DNA of 32,988 nucleotides from Octopus bimaculoides (lineage: Eukaryota): positions 47,007,733 to 47,040,720 of the forward strand of contig NC_068993.1 in assembly GCF_001194135.2 (NCBI RefSeq), read 5' to 3'. Of the stretch, positions 22,814-32,988 are shown piece after piece. The notes beneath the pieces were generated by a model. The model worked only from the letters and a program-made list of their open reading frames with translations. It was not told the DNA's origin and made no database searches. Made by a program: the position numbers and the translations under genes. How positions within the stretch are numbered: the first letter of the stretch is position 1; every line of letters starts with the position of its first letter.

Positions 22814-24051
22814 GCGCGCACACATATACACACATATATAGCCTAGTAGTCACATCATCAAACACTTTCAATATGGCGGTGGAATGGGCGTCAATTTATT
22901 GTTTTAGTGGGACTTCATGAAAAAGTAAATTCTCTCTAAAAAAATTTATAGGCTTGAAATACCTTAGATGCTTTTCATTTATGTGGCCATTTATGTATGG
23001 GAGTTTGTATCTTTGATGAAAACTATACGCGATTCTAGAGCTGCTTTCGCTGCGGACGTTGCTGCATAGATTTCGGTACAGGATATTTATATTGCAGTTC
23101 ATTTTGCTTTTCTTGTTATGCTAGCTTTAGATTAGTTTCCAGTATCTCAAGAAAATGATCAAATGTGCATTTATATACCAGCGAAAGACGTTTATCGGCA
23201 AAGCTACTTAACATCAAAATGGTGAGGATATTAGTGGAATCTCCTCCCAGTAATTCCTTAACCGCTTCATATTACCGATAGAAAAGATAATCTTGGATTT
23301 TGTTTAAAGCTCCGCAATAACATTTAGATTTATTTTGAAAGACTAAGAGAAACTATTGTGCTTCTCGTGTTACCTTTCGTTGCTCCCAGCTATAGCTGTT
23401 GGTGTTAGTGTATCGGAAATAATAGCATTTTCTAGCTAAGTAGTAATGACTGGGCTCCGTTTTAAATTTAGTTTTGAATCACGTTAAAACTTTTATGGAA
23501 AGGAGTTTATAAGATTTGAATTGTTATTCAATGAAAACATAGGCAATGCTCCAGCATGGGTGCAGATAAATGATTGAAACAAATAAAAGAGTAAAAGAAT
23601 AGCTTTTAGTGACGGGGATTCAATGCTAACTGAAGGCTCAAACTCATAAAATTCATTTTGATTCTGATTTTAAAGTTTCGCTTTACAGTTTCTCCAACGA
23701 ATAAGTTATGACAAAAGTAATTCACTGCAAACTGGATGCTCGCGCGCACACACACACACACGTGTACATATATATGTATATATATGTAAGTATATATATA
23801 TGTAAGTTTATGCATATGTGTGTGTGTTTGTACATATATTTGCTTGTATGTATGATGTATTATGTGTATGTGTGTGCAACACTGAATTATCACGTTACCC
23901 GATTAAGAGGAATAGGGGTAGGAAAAAAATGCGCATCACATGGTAACTGATTCATCAGGTATGGGAACATAACGAGATATTCTTAAATATTTTGCGTTAA
24001 AATATCACAACCGAATTTCACATGTGCATTGTTACTATTGTCATTATCATT

Positions 24052-24215
24052 AAAGCGGTTAGCACGCCGGGAGAAATGCTTGGCAGCATTTCATCCGTCT
24101 TTGGGGGTCGATGAAATAAGTACCAGTTGAACGTTGGATTCGATGTACTCAACTAGCCCTTCCTCCAAATTTCAGGCCTCGTGCCAATAGTAAAAAGGAT
24201 TATTATTATTATTAG
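24052..24215 (+). mobile_element. Internally deleted SINE A with (ATT)n tail
   Basis: gttagcacgccgggagaaatgcttggcagcatttcatccgtctt is fused directly to ggggtcgatgaaataagtaccag; the B-box region is missing. Confidence 0.8.
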
Positions 24216-25616
24216 TAGTAGTAACAGCAATGGCATTAGTAGCATTAGCAGCTGGTATTTGAGAAAAAGTTTGTTACTGTTTCTACCGGGTTATTCGACC
24301 ACAGAGACAGAACTTCGTTCGCTCGTGCCGTAATAATTATAAGTGATGTAGTTGATCTAATTGTTGTTGCATTTTTTGCATTTTATTTATTTCTCAACGT
24401 CAGAACATCCTTTCTTCGTTTCATTACTTCTCAGATGTTGAAGTATGGAAAGGGTTAGGGATGAAACAATGTATTGGCTATTGTTGTTTAGTGATGTCTT
24501 CTGTCGTAATTATTGTGTTTGGTGTTTTAAAAAGGGGAATATAAATTTCCTTTCTCTTGATATCGATGTGGTTTGTTTAATATTCTTTTTTTAATCAATT
24601 TTCTTATATTTTCATTGCAGCTCTTCTGCTGCTGTTGTGCTTTTGTTGTTATTGTTATTGTTGTTGTTGCTGTTGTTGTTGGAATGTTGTTGTTGGAATG
24701 TTGAAGGACGAGAAGTAATTTAGTTGATATTGTTATTAATAAAAGGCCGAGGACAACTGTGAATTTGCCTTAGATATAAAGGAAAGGGAACATTTACGAT
24801 CCTTCAGTTTAACGGAGAGACAAGACAGAGAGAGAGAGAGGGGGGGAGTAGAAGAAAGGAGGAAGTGAGAGGGGGAGGGAAAGGGAAAGGAGGAGGTAGT
24901 GAAGGAGTGAGATGGAGAGGAACCTTCGTTGATGACTAAGAAGACTCGAAAACTCACTCGAGACAATATTTCTCATAAGACAAAGCAAAACCATTTAAGA
25001 TGAAGTACTACACTTATATATGCATTAACATGCACAGAAATCTCTCTCTCTTTCTCTGTCTATCTCCTTCTCTCTCTCTCTCTCACACACGCACTCGCAC
25101 ACACACACTCACACATGCACATGCACGCACACATATCCACATTGTTATACTTTTACTTATATTAACAATAGCCCTTTCAAAATCTCATTTCGGCAACGAA
25201 GCTTAGTGTTTAGAAAGCCGTTTATGGTTACCTGAAGATGCATCAGGACTGTAATTCTTCTAAGGCTATCAGTACGGTGCTGAAACATGCTTTGCAGCAA
25301 CGGATGGCAAATTTCAAAAGTTATCATATGAATGTTATGCACCACGATAGCGACGGACGCCCAACCATGACCTGTTAATCAGAGTATCGGAGAGGTCTGT
25401 AAAATTGTATTTATGAACAGATGGGTGAATATTGATAAAGTTACAAATGATATACAGTCAAGACATGCCTATCAACTCATTCACAGCAAACATGTCTTTA
25501 GCAATTTTTTTTTTATTCAAGTCTACAAGCAAAATTGTTCTGAAATCTAACAACGGTTTTAGTAATGGAAAGAAAGTGTGTCGTGAATAATTAATAAGCG
25601 TCTTTCATATATATAT

Positions 25617-25673
<57 letters not shown>

Positions 25674-28634
25674 NNNNNNNNNNNNNNNNNNNNNNNNNNN
25701 NNNNNNNNNNNNNNNNNNNNNNNNNNNNNNNNNNNNNNNNNNNNNNNNNNNNNNNNNNNNNNNNNNNNNNNNNNNNNNNNNNNNNNNNNNNNNNNNNNNN
25801 NNNNNNNNNNNNNNNNNNNNNNNNNNNNNNNNNNNNNNNNNNNNNNNNNNNNNNNNNNNNNNNNNNNNNNNNNNNNNNNNNNNNNNNNNNNNNNNNNNNN
25901 NNNNNNNNNNNNNNNNNNNNNNNNNNNNNNNNNNNNNNNNNNNNNNNNNNNNNNNNNNNNNNNNNNNNNNNNNNNNNNNNNNNNNNNNNNNNNNNNNNNN
26001 NNNNNNNNNNNNNNNNNNNNNNNNNNNNNNNNNNNNNNNNNNNNNNNNNNNNNNNNNNNNNNNNNNNNNNNNNNNNNNNNNNNNNNNNNNNNNNNNNNNN
26101 NNNNNNNNNNNNNNNNNNNNNNNNNNNNNNNAATTCCGGTCATATGATAAAAACACGTAATTGGAGTGATTGGCGAAATGTTACTGTATGGAAAACAACT
26201 CAAAAACATAGTAGTAGACGAACGCACAATCCTCGCATCAGCGAAAAATTCAGTTAAATTTTTAATCCTAGAAAATTTATGGAAAAATATATACAGCCAA
26301 ATAGCATAAAATTTGCTAACGTAAAGCTACACTGATGGTAACTGTAAGACTGTTTAGTTTACTTGTTAGAAATGCAACTAGCTGTTGCAATATCTTTTTG
26401 CCAACTATATATATAATCAACGTTGAATTTGAACAAAATTGTAATGTAGGAAGCCTTTATCAACAAAAGACCAATTCCTTAGAGTTCAACGAACCTTTCA
26501 TCCTGGGCATCAGAGATTTTCTCGAAATTTTAAGAAAATATTTCAATTCAAATTTAGTTTTATGTGATCTGTATCGATATCAAGTGTAAATTTAAATTGT
26601 ATCGGAAATTTGGCAGTTTCCCTCTACCTTATACATAAAGAGCTTATGAAATAACCCAGCTCGCAAGATATAGAAGTAAACACTCCTTTAAAAATTACGT
26701 AACCATCTGAAGAAGGATGTAATTATACATGCCCCGTTAAAAAGATGCTGATTATAATGTCAGAGTTGACTTGGAAATAAACAAAAATTAATAAACAAAG
26801 TCAACCCCGAACATGTTTGATCTGGGGGCAGGCAGAAAAAAAGAGACAAAAGGAATGATCTGTGAAGTTCAACTTTCACGATGAAATTAATGTCACTGCT
26901 GAAGTGAATCGGATTCCATTAGTGATTGGCATAACGTCATGCAAGAAATGTGTGTGACATAATGTAAATAGTATAAGATTGGATACATTATTTCTGAATA
27001 AAAAAATAACAGTGTGGTATTAGCTGGAACGTCTTTGATCGTGGGTGTGTTATATCAGAATAGACCTGGCTTACAAAACGGCGGCAACTAATGCAACGAA
27101 ATATCTCCAGTATTCCAGTTTTCAATACAAATTAAATAACAAAAAAAAAACTCAAAATACAACTACCTTCCTTCTTCATACGGCAAATTATGCACGTATG
27201 TGTGTGCATCTGTGTATGTGTACGCGCGCACGCATGTGCGAGTGCATGGCAGTGAAGGGAGAAGTTGATTCTAGCACGGGGAGATAACTCCATCTTTTAC
27301 AACACGCTAACTTCATCATAAATAATAAAAGAGGTGGAGATAAGAAGCTGATGGAATATATGATGACAACGGGATGTAGTAAAACAGAAGTTGAGCTCCT
27401 ATCTTTTTATTACTACCTCCTCTACAAAAACACATTCGCGTTGATATACAAGAAGTCACTGTGAACTATTCTCTTCCAATTTGCTGCGATCTCTTTTCTT
27501 TTCCCTTTTGCTATGCTTTCATTACTTTTTCACTCTCTATTTTCCATACGCTATCGTTTCTTTCGTACCTACCGTTCAAAATTCCTTATACTTTCATATT
27601 CTGAATATCTCTATACTTTTTGTTTCTTTCCCTCTCGTCAAACCCCAAACCGTTGTATTCTCCTTCCGCGTTTATTAACATATCAACAATTTGTCGTTTA
27701 TTTGTTTATTTGTTTTTATTCACAGCACAGAGAGAGAGAGAGAGAGAGTTGCAGATACATACTAACGTATATCATTGCACACACAATGAAGTTTCATATC
27801 TCTCTCTCTCTCTCAATATCTCTCAATCTCTCTCTCTCTCTCTCTCTNNNNNNNNNNNNNNNNNNNNNNNNNNNNNNNNNNNNNNNNNNNNNNNNNNNNN
27901 NNNNNNNNNNNNNNNNNNNNNNNNNNNNNNNNNNNNNNNNNNNNNNNNNNNNNNNNNNNNNNNNNNNNNNNNNNNNNNNNNNNNNNNNNNNNNNNNNNNN
28001 NNNNNNNNNNNNNNNNNNNNNNNNNNNNNNNNNNNNNNNNNNNNNNNNNNNNNNNNNNNNNNNNNNNNNNNNNNNNNNNNNNNNNNNNNNNNNNNNNNNN
28101 NNNNNNNNNNNNNNNNNNTATATATATATAAACACCTAAAGCTCATACAGACATATACATATATGTACATTTATGCATTATATATATACGTGTGTATGTG
28201 TGTTTGTGTCTAAATCATCTTTCTCTCAATATCTATATATATTTCTACAGCCATATATATATATATAGCACATACGCATACAAACATGTAGAATATATGT
28301 GTTTATATGTGTGTATGAGAGCATGCAGACACGTGAGTTTATGCGAGCGCACGTATGTGCGTTTCAACTAAAAAAAAAAAAAAATGGAGAAAAAAAATCT
28401 CCTGGACTTGGATGTATGTAATCTAACATATTATAGGCAAGTCAATTATTAGCTGGACTCGTTTATCAAATTCTCTCTGAGGCCTGTCACACTTCATTAC
28501 ATGTATATACATATCTTTCTGCTGACTCTAATTTCTTAACACAAAGTATTAAATAATGCCTTAGACAATTTCTCTATTATTACATACCACCTTGTAGTGC
28601 AAGATGAAACGGAACTCACACACATTATATATAT

Positions 28635-28668
<34 letters not shown>

Positions 28669-28854
28669 GTATATACATACATATTAACAAAAAATGAGGG
28701 ATGAGTTTTTCCTTAGATATAGTCCTAACAGGAAATATTTTACGTCATATATATATATAAACGTATATATGTGTATCTATATATGTATATATATCTATGT
28801 CTGTCTATCTCTCAGCTATACATACGTACAAGCAGCAGGTGGACATTTTAGGAA

Positions 28855-28888
28855 ACAACAACACCAACAACAACAACTACTACTACTA

Positions 28889-28951
<63 letters not shown>

Positions 28952-28981
28952 GTAGTAGTAGTAGTAGTAGTAGTAGTAGTA
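28855..28981. repeat. Compound (CAA)/(CTA)n/(GTA)10 microsatellite forming a perfect inverted repeat
   Basis: (TAC)n ends at 28949, tc follows, then (GTA)10 at 28952-28981. Confidence 0.95.
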
Positions 28982-29244
28982 TTTTATTCGTCTTTTACTT
29001 TCTGGGTGATCGGTATTGAACCCATGCTGTGTAATCGCTTACAACACCTTTACTGTCATACACTTTTTCCTTCGCTTGTGTAAAATACGAAAGGCAAAAG
29101 AAACGTTGGGATAAAGGGGAGTTAAGTCAAATCTGAACTTCAATGGATTTAACAATATTCTTCATCAAAAGTATCAGATTTCGTTACACAGTGACATGAA
29201 TACATATACGTACATATGAATGTATGTATGTATGTATGTATGTA

Positions 29245-29880
29245 TGTATGTATGTATGTATGTATATCATTATTCAGTTTTATTTCAAGATTTCTGGCCA
29301 ATAGAAGAGCCAGTTTCTAACCTAGATCCATGGCTTCTTCATTAGAATTTTAATACTAACAAAGTATTTTCGTATGCATGTATGTATGCATGAATCAATG
29401 TATATATGTATGTATGTTTGTATGTATGCAAGTATGTATGTATATGTGTAGATTTCTGTGTTTTGTTTAATGTATATATTCTTATGCATATATTGCATGT
29501 CTAGAGATGCTTATGTATACCTAAATGATAAACTTCTGGGAGGTTTTACAAAGTTTTACAGTTCCAGTGATAGGCTGGATCTGCAGTCTTCGAATTAGCC
29601 TTCTCCTTTCTGGTTTTGAGAAGCCTAATTTCTCTAGATTGGTAATTAGTCAATGTATTACATACCCCAGTACCTCAATAATTACAGATATAAACCTGAA
29701 CTTGTAATCTGGACAGATTGCTCTAGATTCCTTAATAGTTTAGCGTAGATATTTTCTTTTTCGCTGATCTTTAGCTTTATGTTAACATCCGCTGAGCAGC
29801 TGATTTCTACAACTGTACACAGTTTCTCTTCTCTATCCCAAATTATTTTGTCAGATCTATTATGTTTACAAATGAGTTTT
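29245..29880 (-). mobile_element. RLE-type (R4/Dong-like) non-LTR retroelement: restriction-like endonuclease domain, 3' UTR and (CATA)n tail
   Basis: CKHNRSDKIIWDREEKLCTVVEISCSADVNIKLKISEKENIYAKLLRNL / PDYKFRFISVIIEVLGYV..NLEKLGFSKPERRRLIRRLQIQPITGTVKLCKTSQKFII* is a PD-(D/E)xK-type RLE motif (RPD is RSD here). Confidence 0.8.
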
Positions 29881-29884
29881 GATA

Positions 29885-29979
29885 GCAGACACGTGCCTAA
29901 GTTACCGTGCAATTGGATCGAACCCAGAAATACGTGGGTACAAAGTAAGAGTCCTAAGCACACATCCATATCTGCGCCT
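29885..29979 (-). mobile_element. SINE B 5' fragment
   Basis: Reverse complement begins ggcgcagatatggatgtgtgctta..tttctgggttcgatcc. It explains the start of ORF 29682-29969. Confidence 0.65.
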
Positions 29980-30254
29980 ATTAAAAAAATTTCTCATTAA
30001 TTAAATCACTCCTCCCATTATAAAAAAAAAACCGTTAATATATATTTTTTGGAATGTTTTAATTGCTGTTATTAAAATTGAAAACACCACCTCGAGAGGT
30101 TTAAGATAAAATTTGATTTTTAAAAAATTATAATCTTGGATAATTTTGCTTAAAAAAAAATTGAATTTTAAATTTCATATTTAATTATATTTGCAATGTG
30201 ATTGAAAAAAAAAACAACATTTAATCACTGTTATTAGTATAAAGCAAACAGTCA

Positions 30255-30570
30255 CACATACTTCAACTATTGTCATTATTATCATCACTAAAGTTATCAT
30301 CACAGTCGTTGGCGGGCAGCGCCACCATCGCTAAAGCGACCATCATGGTTTTCGTCATCATTAGCGTCGTCATTGTTGCTACCCTTCTCTCTGTTGCCGT
30401 CGTTTACGTTTCCGTCGTTGTAGTCGTTAACGTCAACATGATCATGATCATGATCATCATCATCATCATCATCAACACAATGACCATCATCCGCATCAGC
30501 TATAAGAACACTACGATCAACAACAACTGGTAAAAGCAATAATATCATAACAGTAATAACAACAACAAAT
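30255..30570. repeat. Cryptic trinucleotide low-complexity tract (ATC/GTC/AAC)
   Basis: Degenerate triplet periodicity that yields the poly-Asp/Ile ORFs. Confidence 0.75.
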
Positions 30571-30817
30571 AAAATAAAAAGAAATATAAAAAAAACACAA
30601 ATATCAAACTCAATAATACCTACCTGTTTATGAAGCAAGGCTTAGTGGTCATTCGTGGTCATCTAGAAATGGCAGTGATATCTTCTTCAAATTAAATTCG
30701 CACGCACACACACACTCACACACACACACACACACACTCTCTCTCTCTCTCACGCACGCACGTATGCACACGTATAGATATACATATATACATATATATA
30801 TACGTATGCATACATTG

Positions 30818-30977
30818 GCGCAGGCGTAGCTGTGTGGTAACAAAATTTGATTCCCAACAACATGGTGGTAGATTCAGTCCTATAGTGTGGCACATTGGGC
30901 AAGTGTCTTTTATTGTAGCCTTGACTGGACGTGGTGGACAGTAGACGTGGTAGACGGAAAGTGAAGGAGGCCTGTCG

Positions 30978-31052
<75 letters not shown>

Positions 31053-31110
31053 AAGCTTCTACTATAGCCTTGAGCCGACCAAATCCCTGTGAGTGGATTT
31101 GGTCGTGTAT
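30818..31110 (+). mobile_element. SINE B with (TATC)n tail, followed by a second partial SINE B 3' piece (31055-31108)
   Basis: ggcgcaggcgtagctgtgtggtaac...gtagacggaaagtgaaggaggcctgtcg, then (TATC)n, then cttctactatagccttgagccgaccaaatccctgtgagtggatttgg. Confidence 0.8.
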
Positions 31111-31159
31111 GNNNNNNNNNNATGTTACTGTTGCTTTTAGCCCCAGGAGGACATCTCCT

Positions 31160-31199
<40 letters not shown>

Positions 31200-31251
31200 A
31201 TATATATATATGTATACATATATATGTATGTGTGTATATATATATGTATAG

Positions 31252-31283
<32 letters not shown>

Positions 31284-32080
31284 ATATGTATAGATATATA
31301 TGTATGTGTGTGTATATATATATATATAAATAAACGAATGTATCTACAAAAATATACTTATACGTGTAATCTGTGTGTGGAAATATATTTATACATACTT
31401 GCATACATGCATACAATATTCTACATACATCCATAAATGTATAATCATACAAATACACAAATACTCACACACGCACGCACAGAGACAGACACACACACAC
31501 ATATGCATATATAAATTAATTCACAAGAGACATCTCAGAAGGTATCTTGTCGTGTATATGATAGTTTATGTCATATTTAAATTACAGATATGTATAACTG
31601 GTATAATTACAAATGTGTCAGATTACACATACAAGCAACAAGACACACGCATGCATGTGGAAAAAACAGCATGAAATAGATGCACAATATTAACATATGA
31701 TCAAATATGTTATAAACAAACAATAAAATCTAATAATAATAATAATAATAACAACAGCAGTAGTAGCGAAAAAGACAAAAAATAACGTAGAAGGGAGATA
31801 GTATTTACTACAACAAGATGGTGACGACTTCCTTGAAGCTCTAATATATATTCTATATCAAATTTCTCACGCTCTCACTTTTTCATCTTTCGCGCTCCCG
31901 TTCGCCCTGTCTCGCTTTTTCTGCTTGTTTCACAAGCCTGTGTACGTTTTGGTGCTTGTACGTGCAATCTGATACACATGTAACTGTACAAGTTATAAGC
32001 TTGTATAATTTAACTATAAGATAAACTATTATATAACAACGAGATGCTTATTGAGATGCCTCTTGAGAATTAACACACAC

Positions 32081-32152
<72 letters not shown>

Positions 32153-32220
32153 NNNNNNNNNNNNNNNNNNNNNNNNNNNNNNNNNNNNNNNNNNNNNNNN
32201 NNNNNNNNNNNNNNNNNNNN

Positions 32221-32259
<39 letters not shown>

Positions 32260-32271
32260 TGCATGTATGTA

Positions 32272-32485
32272 TGGCGGCGAGCAGGCAGAATCGTTAGCAC
32301 GCTGGACGAAATGCTTAGTGGTATTTCGCCCGTCGCTATGTTCTGAGTTCAAATTCTGCTGAAGCCGACTTTGCCTTTCATCCTTTCTGGGTCGATAAAA
32401 TAAGTACCAGTGAAACACTGTGGTAGATGCAATCGACTAGTCCCATCCCACAAGATTCCAGGCCTTGTGCCCATAGTAAAAGGAT
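32272..32485 (+). mobile_element. SINE A, full length
   Basis: ggcggcgagcaggcagaatcgttagcacg...gttctgagttcaaattctgc...ggccttgtgcccatagtaaaagg aligns to SINE A. Confidence 0.9.
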
Positions 32486-32499
32486 ATATATATATACTT

Positions 32500-32656
32500 A
32501 CGATGAGCTTCTGTCAGATTCTGTCTACCAAATCCACTCACAAGGATTTGGTCGGCCAGTGGCTATAGTAGAAGACACTCACCCAAGATGCCATGCAGTG
32601 GAACTGAACCCGCAAACATGTGGCTGGAAAGTAAGCTTCTTACAACACTGCCACTC
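32500..32656 (-). mobile_element. SINE B, near full length
   Basis: Colinear with 12841-13000 (ctaccaaatccactcacaagg..ctatagtagaagacact..gcagtggaactgaaccc). Confidence 0.9.
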
Positions 32657-32951
32657 AGAAAGAAAAACAATTACATCAAAATTTGTAGCAACGTAATAGG
32701 AGAGTAAGTAACGCTACCAATCAAGTTTAAATCTAAATAGCATTTTTATTTTATAAGCAGAATATATTTATCTTCAATGATAGAAAAAACAAAAGCATGA
32801 AGAATTTCAGAATTTCGATCCCATGCAACAAAGATTTGTGTCAAAACATTTGTGAGGTAAAATATAAAAGAATATAAGGCAAAAAACTGGATTTAATTAT
32901 AACTAACTTCTTTATTTTAAAAACAAACTATATTTCATCTACTCCGAAAGT

Positions 32952-32988
<37 letters not shown>

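Noticed and set aside
24405-24445. Hammerhead-like aacat-ctgagaa..gaaa..atgtt on the minus strand
   Set aside because: It has no stem II, lacks G8 and has no NUH triplet.
25210-25400. Candidate exons on both strands (KAVYGYLKMHQD... and GHGWASVAIV...)
   Set aside because: The two readings are mutually exclusive, neither is recognisable, and splice support is only generic.

Overview
This is AT-rich eukaryotic non-genic DNA, dense in microsatellites, with about 4 kb (~12%) of N gaps in 11 blocks. The tRNA-like SINE families and the (CA)n/(TA)n/(TATG)n/(TCTA)n density resemble a coleoid cephalopod, probably Octopus; this is recalled resemblance, not a database result. I found no intact or nameable host gene, and most ORFs in the supplied track are microsatellite or N-gap artefacts. 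The supportable content is a fossil record of mobile elements: a Helitron helicase remnant, two RTE LINE 3' ends with tandem C2H2 fingers, three pieces of an RLE-type (R4/Dong-like) retroelement, mariner and maT transposase ends, a foldback MITE and four SINE families. Two signals stand out. One is a minimal type-I hammerhead-ribozyme-like fold with a swapped G3:C8 core pair at 3112-3162 (minus strand). The other is a pair of decayed paralogous minus-strand coding segments of unknown, possibly LRR-like, identity about 1.4 kb apart (17975-19995).
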